DNA of 64,000 nt from Tagaea sp. Its GTDB lineage: Bacteria > Pseudomonadota > Alphaproteobacteria > CACIAM-22H2. The first letter of the stretch is position 1, and each line of letters begins with the position of its first letter. The notes beneath the pieces are model-generated. The model saw only the letters and a program-made list of their open reading frames with translations, ran no database searches and had not been told where the DNA came from. A program made the translations under genes and the position numbers. Below are positions 1-9,504 of this stretch, one piece after another. The stretch spans positions 1,312,001-1,376,000 of the forward strand of contig CBDIIB010000005.1 of NCBI GenBank assembly GCA_965279525.1, read 5' to 3'.

Positions 1-123
1 GGGGGCGAGGGCGTCCTGCGGATCGCCGAGCGCCTTCATCAGCCCGACCACGCGGTCGAGCGACATGTCGATGGCCTTGGGGTGGAGCGTCTTCAGGCGC
101 TCCAGGATCGGATCGGCGCTCAC
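1..123 (-). CDS. folC: Folylpolyglutamate synthase/dihydrofolate synthase, N-terminal part (runs off window)
   Basis: GTG at 123 overlaps the accD stop; translates MSADPILERLKTLHPKAIDMSLDRVVGLMKALGDPQ, a typical FolC N-terminus; conserved accD-folC order. Confidence 0.85.
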   Translation of the reverse strand, partial: MSADPILERLKTLHPKAIDMSLDRVVGLMKALGDPQDALAP

Positions 124-1031
124 GCCTTGGCGGACGGGATCTCGAGCTGCGGCTGGGGCAGCTTGACAACGTCGGCGCGCGGCTGCGGCTCGGTCAGCAG
201 GCCGATCAGCCGCACCAGCATGGCGCGCAGCTCGTGGCGGTGGACGACCATGTCGACCATGCCGTGCTCGAGCAGGTACTCGGCCTTCTGGAATCCCGCC
301 GGCAGCTTCTCGCGCAGCGTCTCCTCGATGACGCGGGCCCCGGCGAACCCGATCGTGGCACCCGGCTCGGCGATCGCGATGTCGCCGAGCATCGCGAAGG
401 ATGCCGACACGCCGCCGGTCGTGGGATCCGTCAACACGACGATATAGGGCAGGCCCGCTTCCTTGACCTCCTCGGCCGCAATCACGCTGCGCGGCATCTG
501 CATCAGCGACAGGATGCCTTCCTGCATGCGCGCCCCGCCCGAGGCCGGAATGACGATCAGCGGCGACTGCTGGAGGACGGCGAGCTTGGCCGCCGCGACG
601 AGGCCTTCGCCCACCGCAAGCCCCATCGAGCCGCCCTGGAACTCGAAATCGAAGACGGCGACGACCGCACCCATGCCGCCGATGCGCCCGTGCGCCACCA
701 GGATCGCGTCCTGCTCGCCGGTCTTCTCGCGCGCGGCCTTGAGGCGATCCGTGTATTTCTTCTGGTCGCGGAACTTGAGCGGGTCGAGCGCCACCTTCGG
801 CAGCTCGATGCGCGCATAGGCCCCGTCGTCGAACAGCGTTTCGAGCCGGCGCTTGGCCGGCAGGCGCATGTGGTGGCCGCAATGCGGGCAGACGCGCTGG
901 TTGGCCTCCAGGTCGCGGTGGAAGATCATCTTGCTGCAGGCCGGGCACGTGTCCCACAGATTGTCCGGCACCTCGGTCTTGCGCACGAGGGAGCGCAGCT
1001 TCGGGCGGACGAAATTGGTAAGCCAGCTCAT
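120..1031 (-). CDS. accD: Acetyl-CoA carboxylase carboxyltransferase beta subunit
   Basis: MSWLTNFVRPK start; zinc finger CPAC..CPHC; GGSMG, SGGARMQEG, PTTGGVSAS motifs. Confidence 0.97.
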   Translation of the reverse strand: MSWLTNFVRPKLRSLVRKTEVPDNLWDTCPACSKMIFHRDLEANQRVCPHCGHHMRLPAKRRLETLFDDGAYARIELPKVALDPLKFRDQKKYTDRLKAAREKTGEQDAILVAHGRIGGMGAVVAVFDFEFQGGSMGLAVGEGLVAAAKLAVLQQSPLIVIPASGGARMQEGILSLMQMPRSVIAAEEVKEAGLPYIVVLTDPTTGGVSASFAMLGDIAIAEPGATIGFAGARVIEETLREKLPAGFQKAEYLLEHGMVDMVVHRHELRAMLVRLIGLLTEPQPRADVVKLPQPQLEIPSAKA

Positions 1032-1041
1032 CGTCCGGTCC

Positions 1042-1860
1042 TCACGCGCTCTGCTTCTGGCGGGCCGTGCGCACGGCCTTGGAAAGTTCGCGCACCAGGC
1101 CATGCACGCGCGATGCCGCATCGCCCGGCCCCGTCTCGACGACCTTCTGCACCAGCGCCGATCCGACGACGGCGGCATCCGCGTCGCGCGCGATCGCGGC
1201 GGCGTCGGCCGGCGTCTTGATGCCAAACCCGACTGCGACGGGAAGCTTCGTCGACCGGCGGATGTGCGCGACCGCTTCGGCCACCTTCGTACTGACGATC
1301 GCTTTGGTCCCCGTCACGCCCAGCACGGCGACGTAATAGAGGAAACCGGAGGCCCCATCGAGAACGATCGGCAAGCGCTTGTCGTCGGTCGTGGGCGTGG
1401 CGAGGCGCACGAGATCGAGACCGGAAGCCTTCGCGTAGGGACGAAGTTCGGCGTCCTCTTCGGGCGGCAGGTCGACGACGATCAGGCCGTCGGCACCGGC
1501 GGCCGCCGCGTCCTTGCAGAACTTCTCGGGTCCGTAGATGTAGATCGGGTTGTAGTAGCCCATCAGCACGACCGGCGTGGCGGTGTCCTTCGTGCGGAAC
1601 TTCTTGAGCTGGTCGAGCGCCTTGCGGGTCGAGGCGCCGGCCTTCAGCGCACGAAGTGCGGCGGCCTGGATCGCCGGGCCGTCCGCCATCGGGTCGGAAA
1701 AGGGCAGGCCAAGCTCGATCACGTCGGCGCCGGCGGCCGGCAGACCGTCGAGGATCGCCTGTGCGCCTGCCGCATCCGGGTCGCCGGCCATCACGTACGT
1801 GACGAGGCCGGCGCGGCCTTCCCTGGCAAGCTCGGCGAAACGTCCGGCGAGGCGGCTCAC
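1042..1860 (-). CDS. trpA: Tryptophan synthase alpha chain
   Basis: GTG start overlapping trpB stop; [35 protein letters not shown]. Confidence 0.97.
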   Translation of the reverse strand: MSRLAGRFAELAREGRAGLVTYVMAGDPDAAGAQAILDGLPAAGADVIELGLPFSDPMADGPAIQAAALRALKAGASTRKALDQLKKFRTKDTATPVVLMGYYNPIYIYGPEKFCKDAAAAGADGLIVVDLPPEEDAELRPYAKASGLDLVRLATPTTDDKRLPIVLDGASGFLYYVAVLGVTGTKAIVSTKVAEAVAHIRRSTKLPVAVGFGIKTPADAAAIARDADAAVVGSALVQKVVETGPGDAASRVHGLVRELSKAVRTARQKQSA

Positions 1861-3068
1861 AGCTTCACCCCGAGGCGTTCGCCGATCGTGAAGATGTCCT
1901 TGTCGCCGCGACCGCAGAGATTCATCACGATCAGATAGTCCTTGGGCAGTTTGGGCGCGATGCGCGCGACATGCGCCAGCGCGTGCGCCGGCTCGAGGGC
2001 CGGCAGGATGCCTTCGGTGCGCGACAGCAGCTTGAAGGCCTCGATGGCTTCGTCGTCGGTCGCGGCCACATAGTTCACGCGCTTGATGTCGTGCAGCCAC
2101 GAATGCTCGGGCCCGATGCCCGGATAGTCGAGGCCCGCCGAGATCGAGTGCGCCTCGTCGATCTGGCCATCGTCGTTCATCAGCAGGAAGGTGCGGTTGC
2201 CGTGGAGCACGCCCGGACGCCCGCCCTGCAGCGAGGCCGCATGCTTGCCGCTGTCGAGACCGAGGCCGGCCGCCTCGACCGCGTCCATCGCCACTTCCTT
2301 GTCGTCGAGGAACGGATGGAACAGGCCCATCGCGTTCGAGCCGCCGCCGATGCACGCGACCAGCAGGTCGGGCAGGCGGCCTTCGAAGCCCATGAACTGC
2401 TCGCGCGTCTCGCGGCCGATCACGCTCTGGAAGTCGCGCACCATCATCGGATAGGGATGCGGGCCTGCGACGGTGCCGATGATGTAGTAGGTGTCCTCGA
2501 CATTGGCGACCCAGTCGCGCAGCGCCTCGTTCATCGCGTCCTTGAGCGTGCCCGTGCCCGACGTGACCGGCTTCACTTCGGCACCCAGCAGCTTCATGCG
2601 GAACACGTTGGGTGCTTGCCGCTCGATGTCGGTCGCACCCATGTAGACGGTGCAGGGCATGCCGAACAGCGCGCAGACCGTTGCTGTCGCCACGCCATGC
2701 TGGCCGGCACCGGTCTCGGCGATGATGCGCTTCTTGCCCATGCGCTGGGCCAGCAGGATCTGGCCCATGCAGCTGTTGATCTTGTGGGCACCCGTGTGGT
2801 TGAGCTCGTCGCGCTTCAGATAGATCTTGGCCCCGCCCAGCACCTTGGTCAGCCGCTCGGCCAGCCACAGCGGCGACGGCCGGCCGACATAGTGCGCGAG
2901 GTAATAGTCGAGCTCCTTCTGGAAGGCCGGGTCCTTGCGGGCGGCCGTATAGGCGCGCTCGACCTCCAGGATGAGGGGCATCAGGGTTTCGGAGACGTAG
3001 CGGCCGCCGAAGATGCCGAAATGCCCGGTTTCGTCGGGTCCGGCGCGGAAGGAATTGAGCTGTTTCAT
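1857..3068 (-). CDS. trpB: Tryptophan synthase beta chain
   Basis: [12 protein letters not shown] start; [10 protein letters not shown] (PLP Lys), [22 protein letters not shown]. Confidence 0.98.
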   Translation of the reverse strand: MKQLNSFRAGPDETGHFGIFGGRYVSETLMPLILEVERAYTAARKDPAFQKELDYYLAHYVGRPSPLWLAERLTKVLGGAKIYLKRDELNHTGAHKINSCMGQILLAQRMGKKRIIAETGAGQHGVATATVCALFGMPCTVYMGATDIERQAPNVFRMKLLGAEVKPVTSGTGTLKDAMNEALRDWVANVEDTYYIIGTVAGPHPYPMMVRDFQSVIGRETREQFMGFEGRLPDLLVACIGGGSNAMGLFHPFLDDKEVAMDAVEAAGLGLDSGKHAASLQGGRPGVLHGNRTFLLMNDDGQIDEAHSISAGLDYPGIGPEHSWLHDIKRVNYVAATDDEAIEAFKLLSRTEGILPALEPAHALAHVARIAPKLPKDYLIVMNLCGRGDKDIFTIGERLGVKL

Positions 3069-3112
3069 GGCCGCGCGGTTATAGCCGAGCCGCTGGCCCG
3101 GGCCAAGCGACC

Positions 3113-3751
3113 TCAGACCGCCCGGACGGCCGCCAGAAACCGCCGGATCAGGCGCGGGGATTTGTGCCCGGGCCGGTCTTCCACGCCCGACGAGACGTCG
3201 ACGGCCGGTGCCCCGGCCGTGCGGATGGCGGCCGCGACATTCTGCGCTGTCAGGCCCCCGGCCAGCATCCACGGCCGGGTCCATTTCCGGCCGGCCAGCA
3301 GCGTCCAGTCGAAGCTGACGGCGTTGCCGCCGGGCAACGCGTCGTCGCGTTTGGGCGGCTTGGCGTCGAACAACAGCCGGTCGGCCACGTCGAGATACGC
3401 CGTGGCGCCGTCGAGATCGGCCGCTGTCGAGACGCCGAGTACCTTCATGACGGGCAGATTCGTCCGTGCGCGGATCTCGGCCGTGCGTGCCGGCGTCTCG
3501 TGCCCGTGAAGCTGCACGATGTCCGGCCGGAAGGCCGACAGGATCGCGTCGAGGGCGGAATCGTCGAGGTCGACGACGAGCGCCACGCGGCGCACGCGGG
3601 CCGGCAGGTGACCGGCAAGAAACCGCGCCTGTGCTGGCGTGACGCTGCGCGGGCTGCGCGGGAAAAAGTTGAATCCGGCGAAGGCCGCGCGCGCGGCGGC
3701 CTGTGCTGCCGGCACGGAATTGATGCCGCAGATCTTGGTTTCGACCGTCAC
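3113..3751 (-). CDS. trpF: Phosphoribosylanthranilate isomerase
   Basis: [32 protein letters not shown]; GTG start overlapping pyrF stop. Confidence 0.95.
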   Translation of the reverse strand: MTVETKICGINSVPAAQAAARAAFAGFNFFPRSPRSVTPAQARFLAGHLPARVRRVALVVDLDDSALDAILSAFRPDIVQLHGHETPARTAEIRARTNLPVMKVLGVSTAADLDGATAYLDVADRLLFDAKPPKRDDALPGGNAVSFDWTLLAGRKWTRPWMLAGGLTAQNVAAAIRTAGAPAVDVSSGVEDRPGHKSPRLIRRFLAAVRAV

Positions 3752-4461
3752 GCCGCGATTTCCGCAAGGATGCGCGACAGGGCCGCTTTCGGATCGGCCG
3801 CCTGGGTGATCGGCCGGCCGATCACCAGATGGTCGGCACCAAGCGAAACCGCCTCGCCTGGCGTCATCACGCGCTTCTGGTCGCCGGCGGCGGCCCATTC
3901 GGGCCGGATGCCCGGGACCACGAGCTTGAAGCCGGGGCCGACTTCCTTGCGCAGGCGCGCTATCTCGTGCGCCGAGCAGACCACGCCGTCGATACCCGCT
4001 TCGCGCGCGAGCATCGCGAGGCGCAGGGCCTGTTCGCCGGACGGCCCGCGCTGGCCGACCGCGTCGAGATCGGCGTCGTCGAGACTGGTCAGCACCGTGA
4101 TCGCGAGCAGCAGCGGCCGGTCGGGGCCGGTCTGGGCGGCCGCATCGCGCGCGGCAACCAGCATCGCGCGCCCGCCGCTTGCATGTACCGTCAAGAACCG
4201 CGGCCGGCACAGGGCGGCCGCCTTCACGCCGCCGGCCACGGTATTGGGGATGTCGTGAAGCTTGAGGTCGAGGAAGAGCGGGCGTGCACCGGCAACCTTT
4301 CGCACGCCGTCCGGCCCGTTCGCGACGAAGAACTCGAGCCCGAGCTTCAGCGCGAAGCCGTCCGCTCCCAAACGCACCAGATCGGCGGCGGCGTCGTCCG
4401 TGCGCATCCGGTCGATGGCGACGAAAACGCGCGGCAGGGGGGGGCTGGCCGGCTGGGACAT
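3748..4461 (-). CDS. pyrF: Orotidine-5'-phosphate decarboxylase
   Basis: [41 protein letters not shown]. Confidence 0.97.
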   Translation of the reverse strand: MSQPASPPLPRVFVAIDRMRTDDAAADLVRLGADGFALKLGLEFFVANGPDGVRKVAGARPLFLDLKLHDIPNTVAGGVKAAALCRPRFLTVHASGGRAMLVAARDAAAQTGPDRPLLLAITVLTSLDDADLDAVGQRGPSGEQALRLAMLAREAGIDGVVCSAHEIARLRKEVGPGFKLVVPGIRPEWAAAGDQKRVMTPGEAVSLGADHLVIGRPITQAADPKAALSRILAEIAA

Positions 4462-4541
4462 TGCGGTATCCTTGCTGTTGGGCGATAGAGGCGAAGGACC
4501 GGGCGACTCGATACCCGGCCGAGCGCAGGATTGCCCGCACC

Positions 4542-5738
4542 ATGACCCGATTCAAGACCCTCGGCGATTTCGATTTTTCCGGCAAGCGCGTGCTCGTGCG
4601 CGCCGATCTCAACGTTCCCATGCAGGATGGGGCGGTTAGCGATGCCACGCGCATCGAACGCTTCGCGCCCACGGCTGCGGAACTGGCCGGGAAGGGGGCC
4701 AGGGTTGTCGTGCTGTCGCACTTCGGGCGGCCCAAGGGCCGCGATGAAAGCCAATCTTTGCGCCCGCTCGTCGCCCCGCTCGCCAAGGCGATCGGCCGGC
4801 CGGTCGCCTTCGCGGAAGATTGCATCGGCCCGGCCGCCCGGGCCGCCGTCGAAGCGTTGAAGGACGGCGAGGTCGTGCTGCTCGAGAACCTGCGCTTCCA
4901 CGCAGGCGAGGAGAAAAACGACCCGGCGTTCGTCAAGGCTTTGGCCGGACTTGGCGACATCTACGTCAACGACGCGTTCTCCTGCGCGCACCGCGCGCAT
5001 GCATCGACCGAGGGGATCGCGCACGTCTTGCCGTGTGCGGCCGGCCTTTCCATGCAGGCCGAGCTCGAAGCGCTCGGCAAGGCGCTCGACCATCCGCGCC
5101 GACCCGTGGCGGCCGTGATCGGCGGCTCCAAGATTTCCACCAAGCTCGACCTGATCGGAAACCTCGTCGCACGCGTCGACATCCTGGCGATCGGCGGCGG
5201 CATGGCGAACACGTTCCTGCATGCCAAGGGCATTTCGGTCGGCCGGTCGCTGTGCGAATCGGAAATGGCCGAGACGGCGCGGCGCATCATGGCGGATGCC
5301 GAAACCTCGGGAAAACAGATCGTGCTGCCGGTCGATGCGGTCGTCGCGGGTGCATTGACGGATTCGGCCGGTGCCGAAACCGTGCCGATCGGCCGCATCC
5401 CGGCCGACAAGATGATCCTCGATATCGGTCCGTTATCGGTCGCCGAGACGCTGCGTATTTTCGACGGCGCGCATACGCTGGTCTGGAACGGGCCGGTGGG
5501 CGCTTTCGAGCATGCGCCGTTCGATGCGGGCACGACAGCCCTTGCAAGGGGCGTGGCCGAGCGCACGAAGGCCGGCCGGCTGCTTTCGGTCGCCGGCGGC
5601 GGCGATACGGTCGCGGCCCTGGCGAAGGCCGGTGCCGTCGATTCGTTCAGCTATGTCTCGACGGCCGGCGGGGCGTTCCTTGAATGGCTCGAAGGCAAGG
5701 AGCTGCCGGGCGTGGCGGCACTCGCGGTCCGGCCCTAG
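4542..5738 (+). CDS. pgk: Phosphoglycerate kinase
   Basis: [54 protein letters not shown]. Confidence 0.98.
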   Translation: MTRFKTLGDFDFSGKRVLVRADLNVPMQDGAVSDATRIERFAPTAAELAGKGARVVVLSHFGRPKGRDESQSLRPLVAPLAKAIGRPVAFAEDCIGPAARAAVEALKDGEVVLLENLRFHAGEEKNDPAFVKALAGLGDIYVNDAFSCAHRAHASTEGIAHVLPCAAGLSMQAELEALGKALDHPRRPVAAVIGGSKISTKLDLIGNLVARVDILAIGGGMANTFLHAKGISVGRSLCESEMAETARRIMADAETSGKQIVLPVDAVVAGALTDSAGAETVPIGRIPADKMILDIGPLSVAETLRIFDGAHTLVWNGPVGAFEHAPFDAGTTALARGVAERTKAGRLLSVAGGGDTVAALAKAGAVDSFSYVSTAGGAFLEWLEGKELPGVAALAVRP

Positions 5739-5739
5739 C

Positions 5740-6966
5740 TCAGTTCAGCCGCTTGAGCGGGCTGCGCCGCGGCGTTCCGCCCGCGTGCATCTTGCGCGTC
5801 GGTGCCGGGACCAGTGCCTCGCGGCGCGCTTCGCTGGCGACAATGCTGTCGTCGACTAGCGGTCCGCGCGTCTCGCCGCGCCGCCAGGCGGCGACGCGCG
5901 ATTCGGCGACGCTTTCCTCGACGACATCGAAGAACGACAGCGCGTCGAACAGCTCGCCCGGATTGACCAGGCCGCCCGTCGGTCCGCCGAGTTGGCGCAG
6001 GGCGATGAAAAATTCGGTGAACAGCGGCTTGTCGACATGGCAGCCCTTGCAGGCGACGGCAAGCGCCCGGCCGCCCTGCTCGTAGAGGCAGCGGCGCGCG
6101 GTGGCGACCGACACGCGCGCGAACTTGGCAAACAGCGTTTCCAGCAGCGAGCGTTCGCCCGCGCGCACGAGCGGCAGCAGCATCTGCAGGTCGTGGACAT
6201 CGTCCCGGTCGATCGCGGCGCGGATCTTGAGAAGGACCCCGTTCAGGGCCGCCGCGCGCGCGTGATCGGCGACAACTTCGGACAACGCATCGCCGATCGC
6301 CTTGTCGAGCAGGTAGTGGTCGATCTCGAAATTCTCGATGATGTGCCGGCGTAGCGCCTCGGAAACCCAGCCATACATCCGGCCGGCCAGGCGCGGATCG
6401 AGATCCTCGCGCTTCAGGATCATCTCCTGGAGATCGGCATCGGAGTGCGAGACTTCGACCAGCGTCTCGAACGTATCGGTCGCGATGGTGGCGCCCGTGT
6501 TCTCGAGGACGGCGCGCACGACGTCCTGCTCGCCGGGCCGCACGAGCGCGTCGCTGACCGGGGCCGAGATGTGCTCGCGCCGCGCGATAGCCAGGCGATG
6601 CTGGAACGTGCGCGTGCGGATGACGTTGAGCAGTTCGCCGTCGTCGAGCAGTTCGGATTTCAGCAGGACGGGCCAGGCGACCTCGATCCGGTCGTTGGCG
6701 AGCTGGACGATCAGGCGGCGAGGGGCGACGCCTTCGGCGGCAAGGCGCTCGGCAAGGGCGCGGCGGATCGGCATCTCGAGATCGTGGAGCAGGCGCTGGA
6801 GGATTTCCTCGGCAAGCTCGCGCTCGCGCGCCGACATCGAGCCAAGATCGGTGCCCAGGATCATGTCGCCCATCCGCACCGCCAGATGCGCGCGCGCATC
6901 CGGCCGCTTGTCCTGGGCGAGAATCAGGAGCCCGTGCAACTGCTCGCTGTCGAAAGGAATCGTCAT
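5740..6966 (-). CDS. DUF2336 domain-containing protein
   Basis: Helical repeat pattern RRALAERLA...LANDRIEVAWPVLLKSELL...HRLAIARR...VSDALV...VLENTGA characteristic of alphaproteobacterial DUF2336 proteins. Confidence 0.85.
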   Translation of the reverse strand: MTIPFDSEQLHGLLILAQDKRPDARAHLAVRMGDMILGTDLGSMSARERELAEEILQRLLHDLEMPIRRALAERLAAEGVAPRRLIVQLANDRIEVAWPVLLKSELLDDGELLNVIRTRTFQHRLAIARREHISAPVSDALVRPGEQDVVRAVLENTGATIATDTFETLVEVSHSDADLQEMILKREDLDPRLAGRMYGWVSEALRRHIIENFEIDHYLLDKAIGDALSEVVADHARAAALNGVLLKIRAAIDRDDVHDLQMLLPLVRAGERSLLETLFAKFARVSVATARRCLYEQGGRALAVACKGCHVDKPLFTEFFIALRQLGGPTGGLVNPGELFDALSFFDVVEESVAESRVAAWRRGETRGPLVDDSIVASEARREALVPAPTRKMHAGGTPRRSPLKRLN

Positions 6967-7114
6967 CTAGTCAACGCCACCGAAATTCTTCGACGCGCCG
7001 GATCCGCGTACGTTCTATTAGTAAGTCTAAGTCTGATCGTCATACGAATCCAGTTGGACGCAGTCGTTCCAGGACGAATTCGATTCCGAGCGTGACATCT
7101 TCGCGTGACGATTT

Positions 7115-7140
7115 GCAATTTGCCAAACCATACAAATTGC
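7115..7140. promoter_or_regulatory. Perfect 8-bp inverted repeat GCAATTTG-N10-CAAATTGC, candidate operator
   Basis: Seen directly in the AT-rich divergent intergenic region upstream of the DUF2336 gene; cognate regulator unknown. Confidence 0.4.
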
Positions 7141-7231
7141 GGGGCAATTCGACATGCTTCGCTCGCAATGCGCGTGGCATTTTCATCGCAACTGTTCGCC
7201 CAACAGGCATTCGCGAATGGCAAACTCGAAA

Positions 7232-7246
7232 TTAACGGAGAATTAA
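7232..7246. promoter_or_regulatory. CtrA-binding box TTAA-N7-TTAA
   Basis: TTAA-CGGAGAA-TTAA, exact match to the alphaproteobacterial CtrA consensus, 22 nt before the ATG at 7269. Confidence 0.7.
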
Positions 7247-7268
7247 ATCAAATTTGCTCTTATTGCGG

Positions 7269-7514
7269 ATGATGCAGATTCAAGCTGGCACATCTTCGAT
7301 TGCAAACGGCCTTCCGCGTCCCGATGGCGGGCGCGTCTCGGGTCGGCCCACCCTTTCCGGACGCGGCGGGCAGGCGGCGGATGTCGGTTTCGCGGTTCCG
7401 GCACGCGCCTTCGGCATTCCCGAAGCCCGCGAGGCGATCGCGGCCAACTTCGCCGAAGAAGCGATGCCCGCGCGCGCCTTGCCGCGTGGCTCGTTGGTCG
7501 ACCTGTTGATCTGA
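7269..7514 (+). CDS. Small hypothetical protein (81 aa) ending in PRGSLVDLLI
   Basis: Fills the gap between the CtrA box and the convergent desaturase; low-complexity body with a C-terminal RGSLVDL motif that recurs in small alphaproteobacterial proteins. Confidence 0.6.
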   Translation: MMQIQAGTSSIANGLPRPDGGRVSGRPTLSGRGGQAADVGFAVPARAFGIPEAREAIAANFAEEAMPARALPRGSLVDLLI

Positions 7515-7526
7515 CCGTTCCGACGG

Positions 7527-8318
7527 CTATCGAAGCCTGCGGAAGGGCTGTATCAGCAGGCGCCACAGGCTTTGGCTTGCGGCATCGCGGTACGTCGGCA
7601 GTCCGATCGTGAGGCCGAGCTGCCCGTCGGCAGGCTCGGCACGGTAGGTCCCGAACAGGCGGTCCCACCACGAGACCGAAAATCCGAAATTGCTGTCGGT
7701 CTCCTCGCGCCGCACCGAATGGTGGATGCGGTGCATGTCCGGCGTGACCAGGACCATCCGCACGCCCCTTTCCAGGGCCGCCGGCATCCGGATATTGGCG
7801 TGATTGAACAGCGAACTGGCGTTGAGTAGCACTTCGAAGGCGAAGACCGCCTCGGGCGGGGCGCCGGTCGCGGCGATCACGGCAAGCTTGATCGCCAGCG
7901 ACAAGCCGATCTCGACCGGATGGAAGCGCACGCCCGTCGTGGTGTCGAACATGGTGTCGGAATGGTGCATGCGGTGCAGTGCCCAGAAGGCGGGGACCGC
8001 GTGGAACACGCGATGCTGGAAATAGATCGCGAGGTCGAGTGCCACAAGCCCGGCGAGGAACGCGGCCCAGGCCGGCAGGCCGGACATTCCGATCAGGCCC
8101 CAACCCTGCGCCTGGGCGTAGACGGCAAACGCGGCCGCCCCGCCAGGGACGGCAACGCGGGCGACCAGACCGCCCAGGATCGCGAAGGCGAGATTCGCCG
8201 GCCAGCGCCGCGCGCGCGAAGGCGCGTCGGGGCGGCGGGGCGCCAGCGCTTCCCACAGCGCCATCAAGGCGAGCACGCCGACGAAGATGCCGAGCCGCAG
8301 GGACGCTTCGTCTTGCAT
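7527..8318 (-). CDS. Sterol desaturase / fatty acid hydroxylase family membrane di-iron enzyme
   Basis: His boxes QHRVFH, HRMHH, FNHAN, HRIHH and SNFG; hydrophobic N-terminus. Confidence 0.9.
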   Translation of the reverse strand: MQDEASLRLGIFVGVLALMALWEALAPRRPDAPSRARRWPANLAFAILGGLVARVAVPGGAAAFAVYAQAQGWGLIGMSGLPAWAAFLAGLVALDLAIYFQHRVFHAVPAFWALHRMHHSDTMFDTTTGVRFHPVEIGLSLAIKLAVIAATGAPPEAVFAFEVLLNASSLFNHANIRMPAALERGVRMVLVTPDMHRIHHSVRREETDSNFGFSVSWWDRLFGTYRAEPADGQLGLTIGLPTYRDAASQSLWRLLIQPFRRLR

Positions 8319-8323
8319 GTCTT

Positions 8324-9181
8324 TCAGCCGATCCTGAAGTTCATCGCGAGCAGGCCCGCGACCAGCACGAGTGCCGCGACGATCCGCAGCTTTCCGAATT
8401 TTTCGCCGAGCAGGAACGTGCCCATCAGCGTGGCGAACAGCACCGACGTCTCGCGCAGCGCCGAGACATGTGCGATGGCGCCAAGGCTCGACGCCCAGAT
8501 CGCGATGCCATAGCCGATCGTCGCGACGACGCCGCCGGCCGCGCCGCGCCACCAGTACTGGCGCATGTAAGGGTAGATCGAGGGGCCGCGCTTCCACATC
8601 GCGAACACGAAGATCCACGGACCCTCGAGGAGGTTGAGCCACACGATGTAGGACAGCGCGTTGCCCGACAGACGCGCACCCAGGCCATCGAGGACCGTGT
8701 AGGCCGCGATCGTGAAGCCCGTGCATATGGCAAGCCCGATCGCGCGCCGCTCGGCGAAATTCGGGATGCCGCGCGCGAAGGCAAGTCCCGCAATGCCGAG
8801 CGAAACAAGCACCACGCCGACCGATTCGCGGAAATCCAGGAACTCGCCGATCAGCGTGCCCGACATGATCGCGACGAGGGTGGGGCCGAGTCCCCGCGCG
8901 ATCGGGTAGACGAGCGACAGGTCGCCAAGCGCGTAGGCGCGCAGCAAAAACACGTAATAGAAAAGATGGACCGCGAGGGAGCCGAGCAGATAGGGCCAGG
9001 CGGCGGCGTCGGGAAACGGGACGAAAGGCGCCATCGCGAGGCCGATGATGCAGCCGACGAGCATCACGACGCCGAAAGAGGTGAGGCGATCGGGATCCGA
9101 CTTGACGACGGCGTTCCACGACGCGTGCATCAGGGCGGCGAGGAGGACGAGGGCCGCGACGGACGGATCGATCTTTTCCAA
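8324..9181 (-). CDS. EamA/DMT family transporter
   Basis: About 10 hydrophobic segments; AALMHASWN, GDLSLVYPIARG, SALRETSVLFA; TTG start uncertain. Confidence 0.9.
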   Translation of the reverse strand: MEKIDPSVAALVLLAALMHASWNAVVKSDPDRLTSFGVVMLVGCIIGLAMAPFVPFPDAAAWPYLLGSLAVHLFYYVFLLRAYALGDLSLVYPIARGLGPTLVAIMSGTLIGEFLDFRESVGVVLVSLGIAGLAFARGIPNFAERRAIGLAICTGFTIAAYTVLDGLGARLSGNALSYIVWLNLLEGPWIFVFAMWKRGPSIYPYMRQYWWRGAAGGVVATIGYGIAIWASSLGAIAHVSALRETSVLFATLMGTFLLGEKFGKLRIVAALVLVAGLLAMNFRIG

Positions 9182-9223
9182 CTGCTCCCGCTCCCGCGTG
9201 CCCGGAAGGCGGATTCTAGCCCC

Positions 9224-9263
9224 AAAACGCAGAAGGGGCGCGGGAGAAGAACCCCCGCGCCCC
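9224..9263 (-). terminator. Rho-independent terminator after the Lys-rich micro-ORF
   Basis: 10-bp stem GGGGCGCGGG/CCCGCGCCCC (9235-9263) followed on the minus strand by TTCTGCGTTTT. Confidence 0.7.
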
Positions 9264-9286
9264 CAAATGCACTGAGCGAAAACCGC

Positions 9287-9337
9287 TTACTTCTTCTTCT
9301 TAGCGGCCTTCTTCTTAGCCTTTTTCTTCGCAGCCAT
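9287..9337 (-). CDS. 16-aa Lys/Ala-only basic micro-protein MAAKKKAKKKAAKKKK (not in ORF track)
   Basis: ATG GCT GCG AAG AAA AAG GCT AAG AAG AAG GCC GCT AAG AAG AAG AAG TAA; SD AAGGAG 7 nt upstream; downstream terminator. Confidence 0.75.
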   Translation of the reverse strand: MAAKKKAKKKAAKKKK

Positions 9338-9476
9338 GATGTGACTCCTTGTTTCCGATGGTGTCGGACCGGGAAAGGCGCGCCGGAGATCTGAGCGGAG
9401 CTGGGTGTTTAATCCCTGCCCTTTTGACCTACGACGGAGTTGGAGCCCTCCCTGGAGACGATCCGACCGTCGCTAG

Positions 9477-9504
9477 AACATCATTTTGAACAAGGGCATG
9501 TCAA
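9477..9504 (-). promoter_or_regulatory. Candidate sigma70 promoter for the micro-ORF
   Basis: Perfect TTGACA (9504-9499), 16-nt spacer, weak -10 GATGTT. Confidence 0.4.

Noticed and set aside
6963-7223. 86-aa minus-strand ORF upstream of the DUF2336 gene
   Set aside because: TTG start without SD, lies over regulatory palindromes, non-coding-like composition
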